Below, piece by piece: positions 1 to 8,919 of a stretch of DNA of 64,000 bases; position 1 is the stretch's first letter, and every line of letters begins with the position of its first letter. Location of the stretch: the NCBI GenBank assembly GCA_963663815.1, contig OY760734.1; one strand, written 5' to 3'. The notes beneath the pieces were generated by a model that saw only the letters and a list, made by a program, of their open reading frames with translations, did not search any database and was not told the DNA's origin. The translations under genes and the position numbers were made by a program. This DNA is from Vicinamibacterales bacterium. GTDB taxonomy: Bacteria > Acidobacteriota > Vicinamibacteria > Vicinamibacterales > UBA8438.

Positions 1-2
1 AC

Positions 3-374
3 GCCGACGGCTCGCGGACCCTGGCCTTCGGCTACTACAACGTGAACCAGGTCGACGTGACGGTCACCGGCGACGACAACGCGTTCCTCGCCGGCGCGGC
101 CGACCGCAGTCAGCCCACCGTGTTCCAACCGGGGCGACACCGATTCGCCTGCGTGATGGTCGTGCCGGACGGCCTCGACGCCCGGTTGCAGTGGCGGGTG
201 CGCTTCGCGGGCCACACTTCAACGACGACCCCGCGCATGCTGGATCCTCTCTACGCGCTCGAAGAGGCGAGCGCCCGGGCCGCGGTCGAGGGCATCAACG
301 TCGACGGGGCGCCCCCGGGAACCTGCCTGCCGCGGGATGCCGGGAGTGAACGCCCCCGGGACCCTGCGCCGTAG
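3..374 (+). CDS. C-terminal part of a hypothetical (probably secreted) protein, cut by the window edge
   Basis: Frame is open from base 3 (ADGSRTLAFGYYNVNQ...DNAF...QPTVFQPGRHRF). The same motif pattern occurs in the ORF at 30816-31793. Confidence 0.6.
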   Translation, partial: ADGSRTLAFGYYNVNQVDVTVTGDDNAFLAGAADRSQPTVFQPGRHRFACVMVVPDGLDARLQWRVRFAGHTSTTTPRMLDPLYALEEASARAAVEGINVDGAPPGTCLPRDAGSERPRDPAP

Positions 375-537
375 CCACGACAGCTCCTGCAGGGTGGTCG
401 GGCGTCAGGCTGAGGCATCGGGCGCGGATTGGCGGGCCGGGCCACGCCCACTCCACCGCACACAGCCCGTGACGAATCCCCACACGTGACCGACCTGAAG
501 GACGATCGAGCCGGGCAGAACTTTCGCCCACCGGTGG

Positions 538-2001
538 TCAGAGGCGTCCGTCGTCGTCCCGGAGCCGGAAGTTCATGGTCACCGTCATCAGGATGGAAAC
601 GGGCTCGCCGTCGACCAGCGTGGGCTCGTACCGCCACTGCCTGACCGCGGCGACCGCGGCCTCGTCGAGAAGCGGCACGGATCTCAGTACCTCGACGTCG
701 CTCACCTCGCCCGTCCGGCTGATAGTGGCCTCCATGATGACGACGCCCTGAACGCGGGCCTCCCGGGCCTCTGGCGGATAGACCGGGTCGGCGTTGACGA
801 TCTTCGCGGGCGGACGGATCCCACCACCGACTCGGAAGGGCTCGTCCGAGCCCCCGGCCGACCGGTCGGAGTCGCCGAGCAGGGCCTGCAGCTCGTCGAG
901 CACGGCCTGAAGCTGTTCCTGGAGGGCGGCGGCCCTCGCCACGAGCTCCGCGATTTGCTCGCTGGACGGCCCCGCCGGCTGCTCCTGCTCGACCGCGCCG
1001 CCGGTCGGCAGGGCGAGAGGCGCCGCGGAAACCGGCCCGACCTGCAGGCCGGCGACGACGATCGAGGCCGGCACGAGCACGCCCAGGCTCCCGAATCGAG
1101 CGAGGCGCGTCATCGAACGCCGATTCGTGCGGGGATTCAACATGGCGGACAACCTCCGTTCAAGATGTGACGGACGCGCCATCGCCGGGGCCGGCAACCA
1201 CGTCCGCCGGTGTTTCCGAACCTCTTTCACGAGCTCGACGAGATGCCCCGCGCAGGTGGCGGCGGGAACGCCCCGAGCCAGCACGAGGTCGTCGGCCGCG
1301 TGCTCGCTCTCGCGACGGAGCCGGGCGCGGACCGTCCACGCCAGCGGGTTGAACCACCAGACGCAGCGCAACGCTTCCGCCGCCATCTGCAGCACCCAGT
1401 CGCCGCGGCGCGCGTGCGCCAGCTCGTGCAGCAGCACGACGCGCATCCGCTCCGCCGGCCAATCGGCCGCCGACGCCGGCAGCATGACGGCCGGCCGCCG
1501 CCAGCCCCACGTCGCCACCAGCCCGGAACACGGCCCCAGCAGGAGGTCGACGCCGCGTCTCAGGCCGCACGACTGCGCGAGTTCCGCGCACAGCCGATGC
1601 CACGGCCCCGCCGTCACGCGGCGCGACGACCTGCGGAGCCATCGGAGCCTCGCCAAACCGACCAGGAGCACGCCGACGCTGGCGACCGCGCCCGCCAGCC
1701 AGATCGTCACGACCAGCCGGCCAACGACGTCGTCGGTCGCGACGGCCGCCACCGCCGGTTCCGTGAGCGGGACGTCGGGGCGCAGCCGCAGCGCGTCGAA
1801 CACGAGCGGTTCGACCGGAGCCACCCGCACCGGCAGAATCGGAAGGACGTGGAGCGCGGGCGCCGCGACCGCCGACACGACGCCCACCGCGAGCACCCAG
1901 CGCCTCGCGGACGCCGAGCTCCTGCGCAGACAGAGGGCGCCGATCAGCGCCAGGAGCAGGATCGCGGACACCTTGACGGTCAACGCGGCCAGGAGGCCCA
2001 T
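538..2001 (-). CDS. BlaR1/MecR1-like M56 metallopeptidase with C-terminal TonB domain
   Basis: TM segments, HELAH zinc motif, RRESEHAADD, and a C-terminal TonB_C pattern (PVYPPEAREARVQGVV...VRQWRYEP). ATG at 2001 overlaps the blaI stop (TGATG). The ORF-track start at 2829 is a spurious extension. Confidence 0.9.
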   Translation of the reverse strand: MGLLAALTVKVSAILLLALIGALCLRRSSASARRWVLAVGVVSAVAAPALHVLPILPVRVAPVEPLVFDALRLRPDVPLTEPAVAAVATDDVVGRLVVTIWLAGAVASVGVLLVGLARLRWLRRSSRRVTAGPWHRLCAELAQSCGLRRGVDLLLGPCSGLVATWGWRRPAVMLPASAADWPAERMRVVLLHELAHARRGDWVLQMAAEALRCVWWFNPLAWTVRARLRRESEHAADDLVLARGVPAATCAGHLVELVKEVRKHRRTWLPAPAMARPSHLERRLSAMLNPRTNRRSMTRLARFGSLGVLVPASIVVAGLQVGPVSAAPLALPTGGAVEQEQPAGPSSEQIAELVARAAALQEQLQAVLDELQALLGDSDRSAGGSDEPFRVGGGIRPPAKIVNADPVYPPEAREARVQGVVIMEATISRTGEVSDVEVLRSVPLLDEAAVAAVRQWRYEPTLVDGEPVSILMTVTMNFRLRDDDGRL

Positions 2002-2474
2002 CACTGCTTCTCCCGCTTCCCGTTCGCGTGGTTGCCGTCGGGCCCGTTGCCGCTTGACGCATCCGTGGACGGACCGGCACGCCGTTGCGCGGCTCTCGCG
2101 TCCGAGACGATCCGGGCGATGCGGTCGAGCTCCGGCTCGGTCAGATGCCTCGCCTCGCCGCCGAGCAACGCGGCCACCGCCTGCTCCGCGGAACCGTCGA
2201 AGAACGTCTCGACGAGATGCCGCAACGCCGACCGGCGCGCGGTTCGACGAGGCGTCACCGGGCGATACACGTACCGCAGCCCCTCCTCCTCGTGGCGCAC
2301 ATGCCCCTTCTCCTCGAGGATGCGCAACTGCGTCCGGACCGTCGACAGGCTCGGGTCGCCGGGCAGCTCCTCCCGGACATAGCTGGCCGCGGCGCGGCCG
2401 AGCCGATAGAGGATGTCCATGATCTGACGCTCGCGACGCGACAGGCGGCTGTGCCACGGTCCTTCCATGCTCAT
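2001..2474 (-). CDS. BlaI/MecI/CopY family transcriptional repressor
   Basis: LSRRERQIMDILY...TVRTQLRILEEKGHV...ALRHLVETFFDGS; translationally coupled to the M56 gene. Confidence 0.92.
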   Translation of the reverse strand: MSMEGPWHSRLSRRERQIMDILYRLGRAAASYVREELPGDPSLSTVRTQLRILEEKGHVRHEEEGLRYVYRPVTPRRTARRSALRHLVETFFDGSAEQAVAALLGGEARHLTEPELDRIARIVSDARAAQRRAGPSTDASSGNGPDGNHANGKREKQ

Positions 2475-2514
2475 TGGACTCCGACCGGTTGCGGCGGTTT
2501 CGCCGGCTCCAGCA

Positions 2515-2528
2515 GCTATTTTTATAGC
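2515..2528. promoter_or_regulatory. Palindrome GCTAT-TTTT-ATAGC, candidate BlaI-type operator overlapping a -10-like TATAAA (minus strand)
   Basis: Perfect inverted repeat in an AT-rich patch about 40 bp upstream of blaI. Autoregulation is known for this family. Confidence 0.45.
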
Positions 2529-2677
2529 ACGTCTGCCATCGAATTAACAGCTGCTTCGGCAATTGGCAGCCGGCAAGCCGCCCGGCCGTCGGCGCACTTG
2601 TGGCGCTGATGCCCGACCAGAGGGCATAATCGAGTCGCCGTCGAGCCGTCGAGCCGTCGGTCGAAGGAGGCAGCACC

Positions 2678-3637
2678 ATGCACCGGCACAGCGGTTGGTC
2701 AGGCGGCGGGCGGGCGGCGGGGCTCGCGCTCCTGCTGCTCGTCGGGGTCGGAGCGGCGGGGCGCGCGCAGGAGTCGGACCTCGTCTCCCTGCAGGCCGAC
2801 CCCGCCCAGTGGGTCATGCCCAACGGCAACTACGCGGCCTGGAACTACAGTCCGCTGGACCAGATCGACCTGGACAACGTCGGAAGCCTGTCGGTCGCCT
2901 GGACCCTGCCGCTCCCGGTCCTCGACGCGCACCAGGCGGCGCCGCTCGTCGTCGGCGACACGATGTACCTCGTGACGCCGAAGCCGAACCGCGTGTACGC
3001 GATCGACCTCGCACGGGACGGGGTCGTCCGGTGGGAGTTCCGGGCCGAGCACGAGGACCTCGAGCTGGTCACGGTGCGCGCCTGCTGCGGGGCGAAGACG
3101 CGGGGCCTCGCCTTCGCCGAGGGGAAGATCTTCTTCAACACCCTCGACGGGGTGGCCATGGCCCTCGACGCGGCCACCGGCGCGGTGGTGTGGGAGGACG
3201 ACCCCACCGACTACCCCGTCTCCGAGGTCCGGACCGGCGCGCCGCTCGTCGTGGGCCGCAACGTCATCTTCGGAGTGTCGGGCGGCGACCGCGGCGTCCG
3301 CGGGCACGTCACCGCCCACGACGTCGACACCGGCGAGGTGCGGTGGCGCTACTACAACCTGGGCCCCAACGACGACGTCGGCATCGGCCCCCGCTTCCAG
3401 CCCTTCTACGCCGACGACCGGATCCCCAACCCGGCTCTCGACTTCCAGAGCTCGGCCATCTCCTATCTGGGACCCGACGGCCGCCAGTACGTGGCGATCC
3501 TCGCCAGCAGCCCCGCCAGCGACCCGCGCGTCTCGTTCGACGCCCGGCCCGACGCCGGCTTCCGGTACCGCCGCGGGGGCACGGCGCTCTACGTCTTCGC
3601 GCTGCCGGCGGGGGCTGTTCAGCCTGAGAATCGATAG
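2678..3637 (+). pseudogene. PQQ-dependent alcohol/methanol dehydrogenase family protein with a large in-frame internal deletion
   Basis: Signal peptide, QWVMPNGNY..NYSPLDQID, vicinal CC (RACCG..RGL) and SGGDRGVRGHV. It then jumps at about 3441 to the family C-terminal tail ISYLGPDGRQYVAIL...LYVFALP. Only 319 aa versus roughly 550-600 aa typical. Confidence 0.7.
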
Positions 3638-3781
3638 ACGCACTCGCCCCTCGCACGGCAATCCGCTGCCCGTGCCCCCCCGATGACGCGGGCACGGAAC
3701 GCGGCTGTCGAATCAGGATCGTGTGAGCGCCCGGCTCCCGGCGACCGCCGAGGGCAGCCCGACCATGGATGGAGGTAGCGC

Positions 3782-4207
3782 ATGAGCTCGAAGCAGGAGA
3801 GAGGACTCTTGGCCGTCATTCTGGCCTTGGGCTTTCTCGGTGCGTGTGACAGTGGCACTCCTACGCAACCGACCCTGACCGAGGGTGTCACCCTGTACCA
3901 GCATCCCAACTACGGCGGCGACTCGTACATGCTTACCCACGACGAAGAGAACCTGGATAGTGAGCGTGGGCCCTGCGTGGCCACAAACAACCCGGAGGCC
4001 GGTGGCAGTTGGGACGAGTGCGTCTCTTCCATAAACGTTGCAGAGGGGTGGCAGGCTGTCGTATTCGAGCGCGACGATTACGGGGGCCAGTCCTTGACGA
4101 TCACGGCCGGCATCGCGGATCTCGACGACGAGACAGGGGGGCCGGACTCCTGCGGCGGGGATTGGGACGACTGCATCTCATCACTGCGGGTGTCCCGCAT
4201 CAATTGA
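3782..4207 (+). CDS. Beta/gamma-crystallin domain lipoprotein
   Basis: Lipobox-like LGAC and two Greek-key motifs (LYQHPNYGG...WDECVSS; VFERDDYGG...WDDCISSLRV). Confidence 0.8.
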   Translation: MSSKQERGLLAVILALGFLGACDSGTPTQPTLTEGVTLYQHPNYGGDSYMLTHDEENLDSERGPCVATNNPEAGGSWDECVSSINVAEGWQAVVFERDDYGGQSLTITAGIADLDDETGGPDSCGGDWDDCISSLRVSRIN

Positions 4208-4397
4208 GGCCCGGGGGCGTCCGGTCAGAAGGCGCCATCGTGCCGCGGGTGTGTACCGCGGGGCTGATCATGTCATAATCGGCGTGAACTCGAGGTGGTC
4301 GGTTCACGCCGCGCTCGAACCGACAGATGTGGTTGCCGATGCGGAACCCCCGGCCCGTGATCTCCCGCTCGCCGTCGACCGGCCGGCGCCGACCGAC

Positions 4398-6800
4398 ATG
4401 ACCGGAGCGAGCCGGATCTCGCTGGACGGGAGTCCCCACGGCGAGGCCGCTGTCAGCGCCGCGTGGACGGCGCGTCTGGCCGCCGCCCTTGCGTTGTGCG
4501 TCCTGCCCCTCGTGGCAACGACGGCGGCGCAGCAGCAGGCCCTCGCTCCGCAGACCGACGCCATCGACGGCCCCCCCGCCCCGGTGCCGCCGGCCACCAT
4601 CTCCCGCGACGCGGCCGGCGGGGCGACGGTGCGCGCCGTCCGCCTCGACGGGCCTCTGCGGCTGGACGGCGTGCTCGACGAGCCGATCTACGCCGCCGTC
4701 GAGCCGTTCGGCGGCTTCATCCAGCAGTCGCCCGACGAGGGGGCCCCGGCCACCGAGCCGACCGAGAACTGGATCTTCTTCGACGACGAGTCGATCTACG
4801 TGGGGGCCCGCGTTCACGAGTCGGTGCCCGAGTCGGCGTGGGTCGCCAACGAGATGCAGCGCGACTCGTTCCAGCTCATCAACAACGACGGGTACATCGT
4901 CGTCTTCGACACCTTCTACGACCGCCGCAATGGCTTCTCGTTCCGGGTCAACCCCATCGGGGGGTTCAGCGACCAGCAGATCACCGACGAGGGGAACCCC
5001 AACCCCGACTGGAACCCGGTGTGGGACGTGCGCACCGGCCGCTTCGACGGCGGCTGGACGGTGGAGATGGAGATTCCCTTCCAGTCGCTTCGCTTCCGGC
5101 CCGGGGCCGAGCAGGTGTGGGGCATCCAGCTCGGCCGCGACATCCGGTCGAACTACGAGGAGGCGTACCTGACGGCGGTGCCGATCTCGGCCGGGCCCGG
5201 GCAGTTCCGCCTCTCGGTGGCCGGCACCCTCGTCGGCCTCGAGGTGCCCGGGGACAGCCGCACGTTCGAGATCAAGCCCTACGCCATCGGCTCGCTCAAC
5301 ACCGACCGGACCGTCTCGCCCCCAGTATCGAACGACGGCGACGCGAACGGCGGTGTCGACGTCAAGTACGGGCTCACCGAGAACCTGACCGCGGATTTCA
5401 CCTACAACACCGACTTCGCGCAGGTCGAGGTGGACGAGCAGCAGATCAACCTGACCCGGTTCAGCCTGTTCTTTCCCGAGAAGCGCGAGTTCTTCCTGGA
5501 GAGCCAGGGCATCTTCGACTTCGCGCGGGTGGCCGGCTTCGGCGGCTTCGGCGGGTCCTCGCGGGGGAACCTCAACCTGGCGCCGGGCGTCTTCCCCCCG
5601 GGGGACGCCCCGACTCTGTTCTTCAGCCGGCGCATCGGCCTGGACGAGGGGCGAACGGTGCCGATCGTGGGCGGCGGACGCCTGACCGGCAAGGTGGGCG
5701 ACTTCAGCGTCGGGGCCATCAACATCCAGACCGACGACGTCTCGGCCACCGACACCGCACCGCCCGCCGCCGGCACGAACTTCAGCGTGCTCCGCATCAA
5801 GCGCGACATCCTTCGCCGGAGCCGCGTCGGCGCGATGTTCACCAACCGGTCGGTCTCGGTCGAGGGCGACGGCGCGAACCAGGCCTACGGCCTCGACGGG
5901 TCGTTCTCCTTCTACGACAACGTCAACCTCTACGGCTACTACGCCCAGACGAAGACGCCGGGCCTCGAAGGAGACGACGAGAGCTACCAGGCCGCGTTTT
6001 CCTACGAGGGCGACCTCTACGGCCTGCTCGTCGACCACCTGCAGGTCGGCGGGAACTTCAACCCGGAGATCGGCTTCATGCGCCGGCAGGACTTCCGGCG
6101 CAGCTACGTCCATGGCCAGTTCAGCCCTCGGCCCGAGGGTATCGAAGCGGTGCGGCAGTTCACGTGGGGCGGCAGCCTCGACTACATCACGAACGGCGCC
6201 GGGCAGATCGAGACCCGCATCCTGTCGGGGCGCTTCCAGACCTCGTTCGAGAACAGCGACAGCCTGAGCGCGGACATCCAGCAGGACTACGAGTTCCTGA
6301 CCATGCCGTTCGAGATCACCGACGAGGTGACCCTGCCCGTCGGCGGCTACGAGTTCACGGACTTCCAGGCGGCCTACCGCATGGGGCCCCAGCGCCGGGT
6401 GGCGGGCAACCTGTCGTTCCAGCACGGCCAGTTCTTCGACGGCGAGATCACCGCCGTCGGCTACTCGCGGGGCCGCATCGAGGTCACGCGGCAGTTCGCG
6501 GTCGAGCCGAGCGTCTCGCTCAACCGGATCACGCTGCCGCAGGGCGCGTTCACGGCCCGGGTGACCTCGACCCGGCTCACCTACACCTTCACGCCGCGCA
6601 TGTTCGCGAGCGCGCTGCTGCAGCACAACTCGGTCGACAACGTGCTGAGCACCAACGTGCGCCTGCGCTGGGAGTACCAGCCGGGCAGCGAGCTGTTCGT
6701 CGTGTACAACGACCAGCGCGACACCTGGCTGAACCGCGGCTTCCCGATGCTCGAGAATCGCGCCTTCGTCGTGAAGGTCACCCGGCAGTTCCGCTTCTGA
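4398..6800 (+). CDS. DUF5916 / CBM9-like domain outer-membrane protein (start uncertain, 4251 possible)
   Basis: N-terminal sugar-binding-like domain (LDGVLDE..W..EMEIPF.SLRF), NTDFAQVEVDEQQINLTRFSLFFPEKREFFLE, and a C-terminal beta-strand ending in F. Confidence 0.85.
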   Translation: MTGASRISLDGSPHGEAAVSAAWTARLAAALALCVLPLVATTAAQQQALAPQTDAIDGPPAPVPPATISRDAAGGATVRAVRLDGPLRLDGVLDEPIYAAVEPFGGFIQQSPDEGAPATEPTENWIFFDDESIYVGARVHESVPESAWVANEMQRDSFQLINNDGYIVVFDTFYDRRNGFSFRVNPIGGFSDQQITDEGNPNPDWNPVWDVRTGRFDGGWTVEMEIPFQSLRFRPGAEQVWGIQLGRDIRSNYEEAYLTAVPISAGPGQFRLSVAGTLVGLEVPGDSRTFEIKPYAIGSLNTDRTVSPPVSNDGDANGGVDVKYGLTENLTADFTYNTDFAQVEVDEQQINLTRFSLFFPEKREFFLESQGIFDFARVAGFGGFGGSSRGNLNLAPGVFPPGDAPTLFFSRRIGLDEGRTVPIVGGGRLTGKVGDFSVGAINIQTDDVSATDTAPPAAGTNFSVLRIKRDILRRSRVGAMFTNRSVSVEGDGANQAYGLDGSFSFYDNVNLYGYYAQTKTPGLEGDDESYQAAFSYEGDLYGLLVDHLQVGGNFNPEIGFMRRQDFRRSYVHGQFSPRPEGIEAVRQFTWGGSLDYITNGAGQIETRILSGRFQTSFENSDSLSADIQQDYEFLTMPFEITDEVTLPVGGYEFTDFQAAYRMGPQRRVAGNLSFQHGQFFDGEITAVGYSRGRIEVTRQFAVEPSVSLNRITLPQGAFTARVTSTRLTYTFTPRMFASALLQHNSVDNVLSTNVRLRWEYQPGSELFVVYNDQRDTWLNRGFPMLENRAFVVKVTRQFRF

Positions 6801-6854
6801 GCCGGGACCGGCGCGATGGCCCCCTCACCGCCGGCGTCTCTGCCGGAAGGGCAC

Positions 6855-7006
6855 GAGATCCCGGGGCGACAGCCCCGTTCGGCGAGGACCAGGTGATCGT
6901 TCGACTCGCCACGCTTCTCCACGACACAGGGCAGGAGATCCCGGGGCGACAGCCCCGTTCGGCGAGGACCAAGTGAACGTTCGACTCACCACGCTTCTCC
7001 ACGACA
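6855..7006 (+). repeat. Tandem direct repeat, 2 x 72 bp with 80-bp period, covering the ilvA RBS, start codon and first codons
   Basis: 6855-6926 and 6935-7006 differ at three positions. Each copy contains the hairpin GGGGC-GACA-GCCCC. Confidence 0.92.
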
Positions 7007-8493
7007 TCCTGACCAGCCGGGTCTACGACGTCGCCCGCGAGACCCCCGTCGATTCGGCGGCGGGGCTGTCGAGCCGCCTCGGCAACGCGGTGCTGCTCAA
7101 GCGCGAGGATCTGCAGCCGGTGTTCAGCTTCAAGCTGCGCGGCGCGTACAACAAGATCGCCCATCTCGACGAGGCCGAGCGCGCGCGCGGCATCATCACC
7201 GCCAGCGCCGGCAACCACTCGCAGGGCGTCGCCTACTCGGCGCAGAGGCTGGGGCTGCGCGCCACCATCGTCATGCCCGAGACGACGCCCCGCATCAAGG
7301 TCGACGCGGTGCGCGCGCTCGGCGCCGAGGTGGTGCTGCACGGCGACAGCTATCCCGAGGCGCAGGCGCACTGCGACGGGCTGGCGGCCGAGACCGGCAT
7401 GACCTTCATCCATCCCTTCGACGACCCCCTCGTGATCGCGGGCCAGGGGACGATAGGGGCCGAGATTCTGCGGCACACGCGGCAGCCCGCCGCGGTCTTC
7501 GTGCCCGTCGGCGGCGGCGGGCTCATCGCGGGCATCGCCGGCTACGTCAAGTCGCTGCAGCCGGGCGTGCGGGTCGTCGGCGTCGAGCCGTTCGAGGCCG
7601 ACGCGATGTACCGGTCGCTCGGCGAGGGCCGCCGCGTCGAGCTCGACCACGTGGGCATCTTCGCCGACGGCGTGGCCGTGCGGCGGGTCGGGGCCCTGAC
7701 GTTCGGCATCGCGAAGGACACGGTGGACGAGGTCGTGCGGGTGAGCAACGACGAGACGTGCGCGGCGATCAAGGACATCTTCGACGACACGCGCACGGTG
7801 ATGGAGCCGGCCGGCGCGCTCGCGGTGGCGGGGCTCAAGCGGTGGGTGGCCCGCGAGGGCGCGCGCGACCGGACGCTGGTGGCCGTCGCCAGCGGCGCCA
7901 ACGTCAACTTCGACCGCCTGCGTTTCGTGGCCGAGCGCGCCGAGGTCGGCGAGGCGCGCGAGGCGTTGCTGGCGGTGACGATTCCCGAGCGGCGCGGCGC
8001 GTTCCGCGAGTTCTGCGCCACCATCGGCCGGCGCGTCGTCACCGAGTTCAACTACCGCCTCAGCGACCGGCAGATCGCGCACATCTTCGTGGGGCTGGCC
8101 GTCCAGTCGCGCCGCGACGCCGGCGACGTCGCCGGCCTGCTCTCGGCCCGCGGCTACGAGGTCGAGGACCTCAGCGACAACGAGATGGCGAAGCTCCACG
8201 TCCGCCACATGGTGGGGGGCCGCGCCTCGGAAGTGCACGACGAACGGCTGTGCCGCTTCGAGTTCCCCGAACGGCCGGGCGCCCTCATCGACTTTCTCGA
8301 CAAGCTGGCCAACCGATGGAACATCAGCCTGTTCCACTACCGGAACCACGGCGCCGACTTCGGCCGCGTGCTGGCCGGGCTCGAGGTGCCCGACGCGGAG
8401 ACGCCCGACTTCCGGGCGTTTCTCGAAGCGCTCGGCTATGCGTACACCGTCGAGGCCGACAACCCGGCGTACAGGTTCTTCCTGCAGCACTGA
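6973..8493 (+). CDS. ilvA: Threonine ammonia-lyase, biosynthetic
   Basis: LKREDLQPVFSFKLRGAYNK (PLP lysine), SAGNHSQG, PVGGGGL, and a C-terminal regulatory domain (FEFPERPGAL; NISLFHYRNHG). Confidence 0.97.
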   Translation: MNVRLTTLLHDILTSRVYDVARETPVDSAAGLSSRLGNAVLLKREDLQPVFSFKLRGAYNKIAHLDEAERARGIITASAGNHSQGVAYSAQRLGLRATIVMPETTPRIKVDAVRALGAEVVLHGDSYPEAQAHCDGLAAETGMTFIHPFDDPLVIAGQGTIGAEILRHTRQPAAVFVPVGGGGLIAGIAGYVKSLQPGVRVVGVEPFEADAMYRSLGEGRRVELDHVGIFADGVAVRRVGALTFGIAKDTVDEVVRVSNDETCAAIKDIFDDTRTVMEPAGALAVAGLKRWVAREGARDRTLVAVASGANVNFDRLRFVAERAEVGEAREALLAVTIPERRGAFREFCATIGRRVVTEFNYRLSDRQIAHIFVGLAVQSRRDAGDVAGLLSARGYEVEDLSDNEMAKLHVRHMVGGRASEVHDERLCRFEFPERPGALIDFLDKLANRWNISLFHYRNHGADFGRVLAGLEVPDAETPDFRAFLEALGYAYTVEADNPAYRFFLQH

Positions 8494-8919
8494 GCGGGCG
8501 CGTGACGTTCATGGCTGGGTGTCGAGCACGACATCCGCCTGCATGCGTTACTTCCCGCAGCATTGAAGGGGCGCGTGACGTTCTTGGAAGGCCGCGTTTG
8601 CCCGATGTTGCACGACCAGGCGCTTGGCGTCAGTCGATGCAGCCGGCCGAAGCGATCGGGCAATGCGCGCGCGATGGGGTCCGGTCGGCCGGCTGTTGCG
8701 GGTCGACCCCAGGCGGTCGGCCGTGGCGCGCGGCCTGTTTCGGTCCGTCCTCGCCCGCGGCCCCGACCGACGCCGTATGTCGATGCGGTCGGCCGAACCC
8801 GGGCGGCCGGTGCAGTCCGTTCTCCTCCGCGACGGTGATCGTCGCCGTGGCCCCAGGTTTGGAGATCGACGCGGGCGTGGCACAAGATGAACCGCACCGG
8901 CAGAGCTCAGGAGCACACG

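Noticed and set aside
6855-7006. Possible CRISPR repeats
   Set aside because: Two 72-bp units with an 8-bp gap, overlapping a gene start, and no cas genes.
8496-8616. 15-bp direct repeat GGGCGCGTGACGTTC (8496, 8569) with shared GCACGAC
   Set aside because: Only two degenerate copies; not a CRISPR array. Probably an old local duplication.
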